This document shows, in pieces, positions 1 to 9,865 of a DNA stretch of 64,000 nucleotides. Position 1 is the first letter of the stretch; the number at the start of each line of letters is the position of its first letter. The notes beneath the pieces were generated by a model. It saw only the letters and a list, made by a program, of their open reading frames with translations. It had not been told where the DNA came from and did not search any database. The stretch is from Bdellovibrionales bacterium (lineage in GTDB: Bacteria; Bdellovibrionota; Bdellovibrionia; Bdellovibrionales; UBA1609), in assembly GCA_965219095.1 (NCBI GenBank), contig CBDCMT010000001.1, forward strand, positions 160,001 through 224,000. Reading direction: 5' to 3'. The position numbers were made by a program, and so were the translations under genes.

Positions 1-146
1 GTCTGAATGTTGTATTTTTTTAATAAACTTTTTGAAGGTTCATAAATATTTTCATCGCTTCCTGTAATTTGGTGGCCTCTTCTTTTTAAAAGAGCTGCAA
101 AATTAGACATAATGGATCCTCCGATTCCCATAATATGTATTTTCAT
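1..146 (-). CDS. mpl: Murein peptide ligase Mpl (MurC-like), N-terminal part; runs off the window edge
   Basis: Manual translation MKIHIMGIGGSIMSNFAALLKRRGHQITGSDENIYEP matches the Mpl/MurC N-terminal GIGG...GSD pattern. ATG overlaps the ldcA stop (ATGA). Confidence 0.8.
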   Translation of the reverse strand, partial: MKIHIMGIGGSIMSNFAALLKRRGHQITGSDENIYEPSKSLLKKYNIQ

Positions 147-1084
147 AAGTATAGGTCCTGAAGTGGAATAATTAGTTTTCCTTTTCTAAGAGTGCTTTTT
201 ATATTTAAAGGCAAAAGAGCTTGATCTTTGCCATGACCTGAAGGTAGGCCGTAAAAAACAGGAACTTTCACTTCTTTTTTTGCCCAATTTTTTAATACTA
301 CTTCCAATAAATTTTGTTCTTTTTTACCTCCTTGGGCTATAAATGATCCTAAAAGAATTGCTTTAAGCCCCTTAAGAAGACCTGCTTGTTTGAGATGTAC
401 AAGCATACGGTGAACTCTATAACTCTTCTCTCCTATATCCTCTAAAAATAAAAAACAACCTGAAACTTCTGGACAAAAATCTGTACCTATTAAGGTTTGT
501 AAGACAGAAAGATTCCCCCCTTTGGTAACACCTTTTAAATTTTTTACTTTCATAGCTAAAGAGTTCATAGGTTTTAACTGATAAGACACCTCTTTGATCT
601 GTCCTTCTAAAAATCGTTCAAGCTGCTTGATATATTTAGGTCCTACGACTCCGTCCACAACTCCGTCTAACAGAGGACCATGAAGAGTAGGCCAATCCCA
701 GAATTTATGGAGAAAAGAATGTAAAGCTGTGACATCACTATATCCTAACAAAACAGATCTCTTTAAGGGCTTTGAAAACTTAGCTAAAAAGGGAAGTAAA
801 TGCACACAACCATAACCCCCTCTCAAACACCAAATGATTCCACCCTTTTTTAAAGCTTGTTCAAAAGACCGACTTCTTTTTTTTACATGATGGGAGCAAA
901 GTAAATCCTCTCCAAACAAAGATGACAGATTTTCATTTCTATAGCTTTTTTGTTTTAAATAACTCTCACATAGTTTCAATGATCTTTTTTTGAGACCAAA
1001 GCCAGGAGCTACAACAGAAAGAACAAAAGCTTGTTTTTCATTTGTTTTTTTACCCATTTTGTACATTTTATATAAGAAATACAA
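143..1084 (-). CDS. ldcA: LD-carboxypeptidase (peptidase S66)
   Basis: RGGYG, GYSDVT (catalytic Ser), GGNL, LEDIGE and GHG motifs; sits between ampD and mpl. Confidence 0.9.
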   Translation of the reverse strand: MYFLYKMYKMGKKTNEKQAFVLSVVAPGFGLKKRSLKLCESYLKQKSYRNENLSSLFGEDLLCSHHVKKRSRSFEQALKKGGIIWCLRGGYGCVHLLPFLAKFSKPLKRSVLLGYSDVTALHSFLHKFWDWPTLHGPLLDGVVDGVVGPKYIKQLERFLEGQIKEVSYQLKPMNSLAMKVKNLKGVTKGGNLSVLQTLIGTDFCPEVSGCFLFLEDIGEKSYRVHRMLVHLKQAGLLKGLKAILLGSFIAQGGKKEQNLLEVVLKNWAKKEVKVPVFYGLPSGHGKDQALLPLNIKSTLRKGKLIIPLQDLYL

Positions 1085-1113
1085 AAAAAGCTACGAAGAT
1101 ATTTAAAAGTTTT

Positions 1114-1161
1114 GCCTCCTCAAAAGAACCTCCGGGAACCCACAGATTCTTTTGAGGAGGC
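1114..1161. mobile_element. 48-bp ISL3-derived hairpin element made of two right ends
   Basis: GCCTCCTCAAAAGAA...TTCTTTTGAGGAGGC perfect 15-bp IR; the right part is identical to the ISL3 right end at ~40150-40184. Confidence 0.8.
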
Positions 1162-1294
1162 ATAATTTCTTTGGTAATTACCCTTAAAAAGCTTGCTCCT
1201 ATTAGGTTGTGAATTTAATTCTTATGGCTTTTATTCTCCCTTCATCTTGCTTTAAAGCTTCTTAAGAATCAACTAATCCATAAGCTCCGAAATC

Positions 1295-1858
1295 TTAATA
1301 AACTAGGCTTTTTAAATAAAAACTCCAGTCAAAAAAGGCTCCGGGATCGGTTTTTCTTCCTGGAGCAATATCACTGTGACCTACAATCCTCTCCGGTACA
1401 ATCTTTGTATAAGATTTCATAAGACAACGTGTAACATCGATGAGCTTTTTGTACTGAAAGTCTGTGTAAGCTTCATCATCTGTACCCTCAAGTTCAATAC
1501 CTATAGAAAAATCGTTGCACCGAGAGCGTCCCTCAAAACAAGAAAGACCAGCATGAAAAGCTCTTTTATGAAAAGGTACAAATTGTATCACTTCACCTGT
1601 ACGCTGTAAAAAAAGATGTGCACTCACTTTAGAATGAACAATGTCTCGAAAAAAGGGATGTTCATTTTCTTGAAGACAGCCTCGAAAAAAATCAATCACA
1701 TGGTTTGAACCATACTCTCCGGGAGGAAGACTGATGTTATGGATCACAAGCAAACTAATGTCTCCTTCATCAGGCCTTTGATCACAATGAGGTGACTCTA
1801 TAAGCTGAGCTTTATCTAAAAGATGATTTGTAATGTTCATTTCAATCCAAGCTTCCAA
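1295..1858 (-). CDS. ampD: 1,6-anhydro-N-acetylmuramyl-L-alanine amidase
   Basis: LLVIHNISLPPG, VSAH, RAFHAG, NDFSIGIELEG and GHSDIAPGRKTDPG motifs. Confidence 0.95.
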   Translation of the reverse strand: MEAWIEMNITNHLLDKAQLIESPHCDQRPDEGDISLLVIHNISLPPGEYGSNHVIDFFRGCLQENEHPFFRDIVHSKVSAHLFLQRTGEVIQFVPFHKRAFHAGLSCFEGRSRCNDFSIGIELEGTDDEAYTDFQYKKLIDVTRCLMKSYTKIVPERIVGHSDIAPGRKTDPGAFFDWSFYLKSLVY

Positions 1859-3215
1859 AAAGATCTGTAGGGTAGTTGCCGTTAAAACAAGCCATGCAAT
1901 AGGATGGGTTTTGAAGAGAGCTTTTTGTAGCTTGAGCTAAACCCTCTTCACTTAAGTACATAAGGCTATCGGCTCCGATAATTTTACGAATTTCATCCAC
2001 ACTTTTATGAGAAGCTATAAGTTGTTGTTTCGAAGGTGTGTCTACACCGTAAAAACAAGGGCCTATTGTAGGGGGTGCCGCTATACGAAGATGAACTTCT
2101 TTAGCTCCTGCCTGTCTTATCAAACCAATGATTTTCGATGAAGTCGATCCTCTTACTAAAGAATCATCAATCACAACAACTTTTTTTCCCCTTATTATAC
2201 AAGCTTGTGGATTGAGTTTGATCTTTAAACCTGCATTACGAATAGCCTGTTCTGGTTGAATAAAGGTGCGACCTACGTAATGGTTTCGGATGATTGCCAT
2301 TTCAAACTTTAAACCACTTTCTTCAGCAAAACCTAAAGAGGCTGCCATACCACTATCAGGTACAGGCATGACAAAATCAGCATCCTTTACAGGAGCTTGT
2401 TTAGCTAAAATACGGCCTGTTTCTTTTCTCACCTTGTAGGCACTAAGACCAAAGACTTCTGAATCAGGCCGAGCAAAATAAACGTGTTCGAAAACACATT
2501 GAGTTTTTCTTTTTTGTTTTTTAAAAAACCGAGATGAAAGGCCTTTATAGCTTATTTCAACAATCTCTCCAGGCTCTACTTCCCTTATGGTCTTTGCTCC
2601 CATAAGATCAAAAGCACAGGTTTCAGAGGCTACTACATAAGAATCCTCAAGCTTTCCTAAAACTAAAGGTCTAAACCCATAAGAATCACGAATGGCGATA
2701 AGGGAGTTAGAGGTTAATACAAGAAAACAAAAAGCTCCTTCTAATTCCAGAAGACTTTCATCAAGAGATTTTTTTTGAGATAAGAGGTGAACGAAATTTT
2801 CTGTATCATTAGTCCCTTGGAATACAATACCTTTTTTGATTAATTTCTCACGAATCTGAGAAGAGTTTACAATGTTGCCATTATGAGCTACTGCTATTTT
2901 CCCCATAGACGTTTCTGCAGTTAAAGGCTGTACGTTTTTTAAATTATTAACTCCTTTTGTGGAATAGCGGACATGTCCTATAGCGGAGGTTTGAGAAGAA
3001 AATTTATGAAGAACTTTTTGATTGAGAACTTGATGAACTAAGCCTAAACCTTTTTGAATAGAGAACATTTGATCTTCATCTATAGCCACTATACCACAAG
3101 CTTCTTGTCCTCGATGCTGTTGGGCACACAGACCTAGGTAGATCATCTCACCGGCTCTTTTATGGGAGAAAACCCCCATTAAACCACACTCTTCTTTAAA
3201 GCTGTTTGATAACAT
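1842..3215 (-). CDS. purF: Amidophosphoribosyltransferase
   Basis: EECG N-terminus, QHRGQE, GHVRYST, HNGN, CVFEHVYFARPDS and VIDDSLVRG motifs. Confidence 0.97.
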   Translation of the reverse strand: MLSNSFKEECGLMGVFSHKRAGEMIYLGLCAQQHRGQEACGIVAIDEDQMFSIQKGLGLVHQVLNQKVLHKFSSQTSAIGHVRYSTKGVNNLKNVQPLTAETSMGKIAVAHNGNIVNSSQIREKLIKKGIVFQGTNDTENFVHLLSQKKSLDESLLELEGAFCFLVLTSNSLIAIRDSYGFRPLVLGKLEDSYVVASETCAFDLMGAKTIREVEPGEIVEISYKGLSSRFFKKQKRKTQCVFEHVYFARPDSEVFGLSAYKVRKETGRILAKQAPVKDADFVMPVPDSGMAASLGFAEESGLKFEMAIIRNHYVGRTFIQPEQAIRNAGLKIKLNPQACIIRGKKVVVIDDSLVRGSTSSKIIGLIRQAGAKEVHLRIAAPPTIGPCFYGVDTPSKQQLIASHKSVDEIRKIIGADSLMYLSEEGLAQATKSSLQNPSYCMACFNGNYPTDLFGSLD

Positions 3216-3344
3216 ACTTACTTATATTGATTTTTTATGTAAATGTAAAGCAGAGATTAAACACGTCTTACCTCTTCTACTCCTGGCTTCTCCCATAGTG
3301 TCTTACTAAATGGCTTTTTATAAAAATTATGCTATCTTACAATC

Positions 3345-4745
3345 ATGCTAAAGATTTTTCGTTGTATTGATGAACTCATAACCCTCAAAAGAGCTTCTGA
3401 AAAAAAAGCACGCCACATACAAGTAAAGGATCTAAGCCCTCTCTCAAAAGCAGCCTTTATTTCCTATAAAGGAAACATTGTCTGGGTAGGAAAGGATCAA
3501 GACTTAAAACCTTCTTTATTAAAGCCTTACAGACAAAAAGCCAAAGAGTACGTCTTAGAAGGTTTTAGCGTGCTACCAGGTTTTGTGGAAAGTCATACTC
3601 ATCTTCTTTTTGCAGGAAATCGTCAGGATGAGTTCGAAAAAAGAACCCAAGGCTTCTCTTATGAGGAAATTGCTAAAAAAGGAGGGGGTATTTTATCCAC
3701 CATGAGAGCTACAAGAAAGGCCTCCTTAAAAGAGCTTATTCGTAAAGGTCAAATTTACACAGATCGCTTTGTAGCTCAAGGTACTTCAACTCTAGAAATC
3801 AAAACAGGTTATGCTTTAAATCTTAACGGAGAGTTGAAAATGCTAAAAGCTATTAAGAGCTTAAAAGGGCCTCGCAAAATCACAACGCTTTTAGCTCTTC
3901 ATGCTCTTCCCCCTGAGTTCTCCTCATCTCACCACTATACAAGGTTTGTAATAGAGAAGCTCTTACCTAAAGTTATTCATTTGATTGATCGTGTTGATAT
4001 TTTCATTGAAAGATCTTATTTTGACTGTCAAGATGCTGAGGAATTTTTCAAAGCTTGTAAAAAATTGAATTTAAAATTAACAGCTCATACAGAACAAATG
4101 AGTCTTACAAAAGGTTATGAGTCGGCTCTTCGTCATAAAGCTCACTCCGTTGATCATTTAATTTGCCTTGATAAAAAAGGTATTACAAAAATAGCAAAAT
4201 CTTCCACTACAGCTACTCTTTTACCTGTTTGTGATTTTTATCTCAAATGTAGTTACCCTCCTGCAAGACAGCTTCTTGATCAAGGAGCTCGTGTGGCTTT
4301 AGCAACAGATTTTAATCCCGGCTCTTCACCAAGCCAAAATCTTTGTTTCGCAGGAGTTTTAGCAAGACTCGAAATGAAGATGAATTTAGCTGAAGTCTTA
4401 GTTGCTTATACTTTAGCAGGAGCCTATGCTTTAGGACTTGAAACTCAAATAGGTTCTTTAGAACCTAAAAAATCTGCCGACTTTTTAGTCTTAAAAGGTA
4501 GCTACAAAGAGCTTTTTTATAGCATAGGACACCATCCTATCTCTCAAGTTTTCTGCAAGGGAAAGAAAATTTTTTCTCAAAAAGGACAAATTGCTATAGA
4601 GTATGTACTGATGTTATTAATCCTCGCAAGCCTTGCTTTTTTGATCATAAACCTCACCGTAAGTGAAGAAGGTTTTATGACAAAAAAATGGATTGAAGTG
4701 ATTGATTTTATAGGAAAGGACTCAGTTGATGATCTCGAATTCTAA
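3345..4745 (+). CDS. hutI: Imidazolonepropionase with a C-terminal Flp/class III pilin-like extension
   Basis: PGFVESHTHL, GGGILST, EIKTGY and ALATDFNPGSS motifs. The last ~55 aa carry KGQIAIEY plus a hydrophobic helix. Confidence 0.9.
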   Translation: MLKIFRCIDELITLKRASEKKARHIQVKDLSPLSKAAFISYKGNIVWVGKDQDLKPSLLKPYRQKAKEYVLEGFSVLPGFVESHTHLLFAGNRQDEFEKRTQGFSYEEIAKKGGGILSTMRATRKASLKELIRKGQIYTDRFVAQGTSTLEIKTGYALNLNGELKMLKAIKSLKGPRKITTLLALHALPPEFSSSHHYTRFVIEKLLPKVIHLIDRVDIFIERSYFDCQDAEEFFKACKKLNLKLTAHTEQMSLTKGYESALRHKAHSVDHLICLDKKGITKIAKSSTTATLLPVCDFYLKCSYPPARQLLDQGARVALATDFNPGSSPSQNLCFAGVLARLEMKMNLAEVLVAYTLAGAYALGLETQIGSLEPKKSADFLVLKGSYKELFYSIGHHPISQVFCKGKKIFSQKGQIAIEYVLMLLILASLAFLIINLTVSEEGFMTKKWIEVIDFIGKDSVDDLEF

Positions 4746-6267
4746 AAAATACATTTTAGCTATTGACCAAGGTACGACAGGAACCACTGTTGTCCTTATT
4801 GATAAAAGGGGACAAATCTGTCATAAAGCCTATACGGAATTTAAACAATATTTTCCCAAAGCAGGATGGGTGGAGCATGACTTAGAAGAGGTTTGGAAAA
4901 GTTTTACACAAAGTCTAAAAAAACTTTTAGATCTTTCAAAAATTTCTCCTAAAAATATCTTATGTATTGGTCTTACCAATCAAAGAGAGACTGTAGGAGC
5001 TTGGGACAGAAAAACTCATAAACCTTTGGCAAAAGCTATTGTGTGGCAATGCCGTCGCACTTCGGATTTCTGTGAAGTTCTTAAAAAAAGAGGTTTAGAA
5101 AAAGTGATAAAAACAAAAACAGGACTTGTTTTAGATCCTTATTTTAGTGCTTCTAAAATAAGATGGTTTTTAAAGTCCGGCCTTTCTTATAGAAAGCATA
5201 AAAACTTAGTTTTTGGCACAATAGACACTTATCTTCTATTTCGTTTAACTTACGGACGATCTTTTAAAACAGATGTTTCTAATGCTTCTCGCACTCAATT
5301 AATGAATTTTAAAACAGATCAATGGGATAAAGAACTTTTAAAAATCTTTTCTGTAAAAAGCACAAGCTTAGCTGAAATTACATCAAGTTGCGGTTTACTG
5401 GGCAAAACTTACAAAGTTCCTTTCCTACCCAATGGAATTCCTATATCAGGTATGTTAGGGGATCAGCAGGCTGCTCTTTTTGGGCAGAATTGTTTTCAAA
5501 AAGGTGATGTGAAATGCACTTTTGGAACAGGAAGCTTTGTTCTTATGAATACGGGAGAAGAAAGACTTTTTTCTTCATCAGGACTTTTAACCACAGTAGC
5601 TTGGAGGATTCAAAACAAAACTACCTACGCTCTTGAAGGAGGAGCTTTTGTGTGTGGAGCTTTAGTGCAATGGTTAAGAGATGGACTTCAACTTATCTCT
5701 TCGTCTTCTGAAGTTGAAGCTTTAGCCCGAAAAGTCAAAGATTGTGAGGGTGTTATGATCGTTCCCTCTCTTACAGGTTTAGGAGCTCCTTATTGGGCTA
5801 GTTCTGTTACAGGCCTCATCTCTGGCCTAACAAGAGGGACTACCTCTGCCCATATAGCTCGTAGTTGCTTAGAGGCTATGGCTTTTCAAAATGTGGACCT
5901 TCTTTCTTGTATGGAAAAAGATCTGAGAAAAAACTTAAAAACTATACGAGTAGACGGCGGAGCTAGTGCTAACTCTCTTCTTTTACAAATACAATCTAAT
6001 CTTTTAGGTTATAAATTACAAAGGCCTAAAAATATAGAAAGCACATCTTTAGGAGCAGGCTTTATGGCAGGTTTAGGAGAAGGGATGTGGAAGAGTTTCA
6101 AGGATATTCATAAAACCTGGAAATTAGATAAAGACTTTTCTCCTAAGATATCCTCTCAAAAAAGACGTAGAAAGCTTAAGTTATGGCACAAAACCGTCAT
6201 GAAAGCTTTGTTTTCTGATACAAGTCCCTCTCATTTTAAAAAATGTCAAAAATTCATTCAAAATTGA
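4726..6267 (+). CDS. glpK: Glycerol kinase
   Basis: AIDQGTTGT, TNQRET, WQCRRT, DPYFSASK, GDQQAALFG and VDGG motifs. Confidence 0.96.
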   Translation: MMISNSKKYILAIDQGTTGTTVVLIDKRGQICHKAYTEFKQYFPKAGWVEHDLEEVWKSFTQSLKKLLDLSKISPKNILCIGLTNQRETVGAWDRKTHKPLAKAIVWQCRRTSDFCEVLKKRGLEKVIKTKTGLVLDPYFSASKIRWFLKSGLSYRKHKNLVFGTIDTYLLFRLTYGRSFKTDVSNASRTQLMNFKTDQWDKELLKIFSVKSTSLAEITSSCGLLGKTYKVPFLPNGIPISGMLGDQQAALFGQNCFQKGDVKCTFGTGSFVLMNTGEERLFSSSGLLTTVAWRIQNKTTYALEGGAFVCGALVQWLRDGLQLISSSSEVEALARKVKDCEGVMIVPSLTGLGAPYWASSVTGLISGLTRGTTSAHIARSCLEAMAFQNVDLLSCMEKDLRKNLKTIRVDGGASANSLLLQIQSNLLGYKLQRPKNIESTSLGAGFMAGLGEGMWKSFKDIHKTWKLDKDFSPKISSQKRRRKLKLWHKTVMKALFSDTSPSHFKKCQKFIQN

Positions 6268-6271
6268 CGAG

Positions 6272-6300
6272 TTGACAAAAACCTCAACTTTAAGTAAAGT
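6272..6300 (+). promoter_or_regulatory. sigma70-type promoter for sodB
   Basis: TTGACA-17bp-TAAAGT, followed by an AGGAG RBS before ATG 6321. Confidence 0.6.
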
Positions 6301-6320
6301 AAACCAAAAGGAGAAAATCT

Positions 6321-6902
6321 ATGATTTATGAACTTATGAAATTACCTTTTGGTATAAGTGATTTAGAGCCTGTTATGTCAAAAGAAACTCTAGAATACCA
6401 TTATGGCAAACACCATCAAACTTATGTAACTAAACTCAATGGACTTATAGAAAAAACAGAGTTCTCGGATCTTAGTTTAGAAGAGCTTATAAAAAAATCC
6501 ACCTCTAAGTCTGCTATTTTCAACAATGCTGCTCAAGTGTACAATCATGATTTTTTTTGGAAGAGCTTAACTCCTCAAGGCTCTTCTATACCAGATAACA
6601 TATCACAAGTTCTTACAGAATCTTTCGGTTCAGTCAAAGAATTTGAAGAACAATTTAAAGCCAAAGCTATAGGGCTTTTTGGTTCTGGTTGGATCTGGCT
6701 GGTAAAAACCAACACAGGCTTAGAGATTCAATCTCATAGCAATGCGGGAAACCCTCTTACTCAAAACCAAACTCCTCTTTTAACTTGTGATGTGTGGGAA
6801 CATGCTTATTACATTGATTATAGAAACGCCAGAGTTCAGTTCTTAGATGGATTCTTTAAAATTGTTAACTGGAATTTTGTATCAGAACAGTTAAAAAAAT
6901 AA
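6321..6902 (+). CDS. sodB: Fe/Mn superoxide dismutase, Fe-type signature
   Basis: HYGKHH, FNNAAQVYNH, FGSGW and DVWEHAYY motifs. Confidence 0.95.
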   Translation: MIYELMKLPFGISDLEPVMSKETLEYHYGKHHQTYVTKLNGLIEKTEFSDLSLEELIKKSTSKSAIFNNAAQVYNHDFFWKSLTPQGSSIPDNISQVLTESFGSVKEFEEQFKAKAIGLFGSGWIWLVKTNTGLEIQSHSNAGNPLTQNQTPLLTCDVWEHAYYIDYRNARVQFLDGFFKIVNWNFVSEQLKK

Positions 6903-6971
6903 AAAGGACAGATTGATTCAACTTCAATTAACTTATTCAACTAAACTTAGTGTGTTGAGTTAATTTCTTTA

Positions 6972-7373
6972 CTAATCTTCACTAACCATGGGGTTTGTTA
7001 CTACTCTCTGCCATGCATCTTTTAAGCCCATTTCTTCCCAAGTAAATAAAATCGGTGCTTTACGGCAAGCCATTATTGTGTTTATATCTACTTGTCCCCA
7101 AAGTGTAATGAGTACCCAGGGCATCAGGTTTGAGAGGTAATGAGTTATTCTATAGTGGTCATAACACCCATTTACTTGAAAGGTTATCCCTTCATGATTG
7201 GAGGTCTTTCCTAATAACTCTACTTTTTTCCATTCTCCCTTCCATGTTGCTGGGACATTTAGGTCTTCTTCTTCTTGATGAGCATAAGTGAGAGATGAAG
7301 TACAAACTCCAAATACAAATAAAGCTACCAATGCAATATAATTTCTTATTTTTAGTTCTTTTTGTGTTTTCAT
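6972..7373 (-). CDS. Hypothetical secreted protein
   Basis: 133-aa ORF with a signal-peptide-like N-terminus; no recognised family. Confidence 0.55.
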   Translation of the reverse strand: MKTQKELKIRNYIALVALFVFGVCTSSLTYAHQEEEDLNVPATWKGEWKKVELLGKTSNHEGITFQVNGCYDHYRITHYLSNLMPWVLITLWGQVDINTIMACRKAPILFTWEEMGLKDAWQRVVTNPMVSED

Positions 7374-7400
7374 TTTCTTTTTTTCCTTTTTTGTTTTATT

Positions 7401-7438
7401 GCCTCCTCAAAAGAATCTGTGGGTTCCCGGAAGGAGCC
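7401..7438. mobile_element. 38-bp ISL3 micro-element (IRR fused to IRL) with 8-bp TSD
   Basis: GCCTCCTCAAAAGAATCTGTGGGTTCCCGGAAGGAGCC flanked by GTTTTATT on both sides (7393-7400 and 7439-7446). Confidence 0.88.
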
Positions 7439-7492
7439 GTTTTATTTATTTACTTTTCTTAAAACTTTAAATCTCCAGCCTGGCTTTGTTTT

Positions 7493-7642
7493 GAGGATGT
7501 CCCGAGGATGTCCTATTTCTCGGTGGAATTTTAAAGGGCGATTTTATGTTTAAGCGACCTTTCTTTGTTTTGCAACCATTTTTTCTAAGTTTTCTTTAAA
7601 GTTTTTTAAATACATAAAGCCTCTGATTCGTCTAAATCTTTT
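7493..7642 (-). mobile_element. IS256 right-end fragment with a duplicated 11-bp tip
   Basis: GAGGATGTCCC GAGGATGTCCTATTTCTCGGTGGAATT followed by the transposase 3' end (compare 13200-13323); cut by an IS1634 end at 7643. Confidence 0.85.
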
Positions 7643-9116
7643 CCTGACTTCGACACAACACACTGCAACAAGTGAATAATTTCAAATAGTTACAATTTTT
7701 GGGGCCACAGGAAAGGGTTTTTTAAAGGTCAGCAGATTCAGCAGATATTGTGGGAAAGAGGCTCATAGAGGAGTCTCTTTTAAGCGAAAAAGCACTGTAA
7801 ATTTCTTCTACTTCCTTTGTGCAACCTGAGGGAAGGCGATAAAGTTTTTTCGTCTTTTTTTCTTCTAAAATACTGTCTGATCTCTTTTTAAGATCTTTCT
7901 CATTCTTTCAAAGCTTAAATTAAGTCCTGCTTGTTTAAGTCTATAAACCATTGTGTAAGAGATCGCATAGGCTAAAAAACAAATGGCAATGTGAGTTTCT
8001 ATTCTTCTTTTTTTCCAATGATAAACAGGCCTCATCTTTAACGTCGTCTTATTCACTCTAAAAGCCTCTTCTATTCTCCAAAGGCTTCTGTAACGACTTA
8101 AAAGCTCACTGGCTGTCTTGTTTTGAACATTTGTTATAATTCCGTGAAGACCGTCCCACAAAGCTTCTTTTTCTATTTTCTCCTCATCTATGGTCACTTT
8201 CACATTGTCAACTTTAATAAAACGTTTGGTCCCATGATTGGAGATCAACTGACTCACAGGAATCTCCTTGTTTCTTACTTTCTTCATCAAACGATTGATC
8301 AAACGCTCTCTTTGATTTTGATCTCTTTTGGCTCTTTTGTTCGAATAACTAACTATCAATCTTTTTCCTTCATGCTCTAGCTCTTTCACCCAAAAAAGAT
8401 GAGACGTATCACAAGCCATTTGGCTGGGCTTATAGTTTTTATGACTTAAAACCTCTTCTTTTTTCTTGCTAGAAAGGGATTTTAACTTTGAAGCCACAAC
8501 ATACTCTATCCCCATCTTATCCATAGTCTCTAAATTCTTTCTTACAAACATAGCTCTATCAGCTACTAAAACAGCTCTTCTTACATTAAAACGAGTCTTT
8601 AGCTTATTTATAGACTCTACCAGTGTAGCCCCCTCACTTGTATTGCCCGGAAAAAGTTCATAGCTTATAGGATGGCCTTGTGAGTTTGTCATAAGTGCCA
8701 AAACAACCTGTGTCTCTTTAAATTTACAATCTTTACTAAAACCAAACCTGCGAATCTCATCCTCTGAGAAGCTCTCAAAATACAAGCTCCTCACATCATA
8801 AAGCAAAACATCCACCTCATTGTTAAACAAAGATAAGGTGTTCTCAGATACCTTTTTCTTCGATGTCTCAATGAAAGGATGAAACCGATCCATAGCCCTA
8901 TAAACTTTCTCTAAAGGAATCTGTCGGTTAAAATCTTCAAAAAGTGTTTCTACACTACCTCTTTTTGATTCTGGATTAAAAACTCTTGATAAAACACAGT
9001 GCTTTAAAATATCATTCCACTCTAAATCTTTCTTTGTACCCTCAATCAAATTTCCAAAACCTAACTCAGCATAAAGCTCATTAAAAACTTTCTCAATACC
9101 ACAAACAACACGCTTT
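7643..9116 (-). mobile_element. IS1634-family element, 5'-truncated and frameshifted (ORF 7865..9049)
   Basis: CCTGACTTCGACAC terminus; YDV, GFSKD, VADR and WRIEEAFR...MRPVYHW DDE motifs. The C-terminus is frameshifted relative to the copy at 30551. Confidence 0.88.
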
Positions 9117-9154
9117 TTCTCCTCAAAAGAATTGCATGGATTCCATGGGGGGGC
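9117..9154. mobile_element. Degenerate copy of the 38-bp ISL3 micro-element
   Basis: TTCTCCTCAAAAGAATT...GGGGGC has the same length and end pattern as 7401-7438 and lies at the IS1634 truncation point. Confidence 0.5.
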
Positions 9155-9205
9155 TTTTCGTGTAAATTAAAAGCCTGTAATTTACAGGCTCGTAAATTAA
9201 TCGAA

Positions 9206-9865
9206 TTATTTAACACATTCTCTAACAAAACTTTCAATCTTTTTAAGAGTTTTTGAGAAATATAAATCATACTCATTTAGAACTTTTTTGAAGTCACTTG
9301 TACTTTCTATTAGATTCCTTACCACACTTAGGTTATAAGTTACTCTACATCGAGGTGCATCACCACACAAAGATAAGCCCCTCTCATAACTCTTGATTCT
9401 TAAATCCATATATTCAGAATGGTATCTGCCTACTATAAGAACCTCTTCAGATACTGAATGTATTAGTTCTATGTAACTTGGCAATTTTTTATTACAGTGA
9501 ACACATTCTCTGACAAAACTTTTAACGTCTTTAAGCCGGTTTGAAAGCTTTAAAACAATACTACTTGTAGCTTCTTTTGAGTCATTGCTAACTTCTATCA
9601 AATCCCTAAACCTTGAATTAACATCTATTGTACATGTAGAACCATCACAAATAGATAAGAGATTCTTCCAAAATCTAATGTTTGCATCATACCCTTTAGA
9701 ATTTAATCTTCTTAATTTAAGAAATATCTTAGATAGATAAGGTATTTCTTCTAAGTAAAGCGGCAATTCTTCACTACAGTGACTTTTATCCATGGCAAAA
9801 GCAAAGCTGGACATAGATACTAAAAAAGTAACTGCTGTGATTTTAATAAAATTCATAATTTTCAT
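9206..9865 (-). CDS. Hypothetical secreted Cys-rich protein with an internal two-fold repeat
   Basis: Signal peptide (AFA-MD); repeat LKDVKSFVRECV / LKKIESFVRECV; downstream hairpin AGCCTGTAA-T-TTACAGGCT. Confidence 0.65.
   Translation of the reverse strand: MKIMNFIKITAVTFLVSMSSFAFAMDKSHCSEELPLYLEEIPYLSKIFLKLRRLNSKGYDANIRFWKNLLSICDGSTCTIDVNSRFRDLIEVSNDSKEATSSIVLKLSNRLKDVKSFVRECVHCNKKLPSYIELIHSVSEEVLIVGRYHSEYMDLRIKSYERGLSLCGDAPRCRVTYNLSVVRNLIESTSDFKKVLNEYDLYFSKTLKKIESFVRECVK

Noticed and set aside
1376..1609. Short antisense or overlapping ORFs (e.g. 1376, 8123, 11006, 16425, 18729, 44205, 51303, 57354, 60781)
   Set aside because: Shadow ORFs of real genes, IS elements or repeats, with no motifs.
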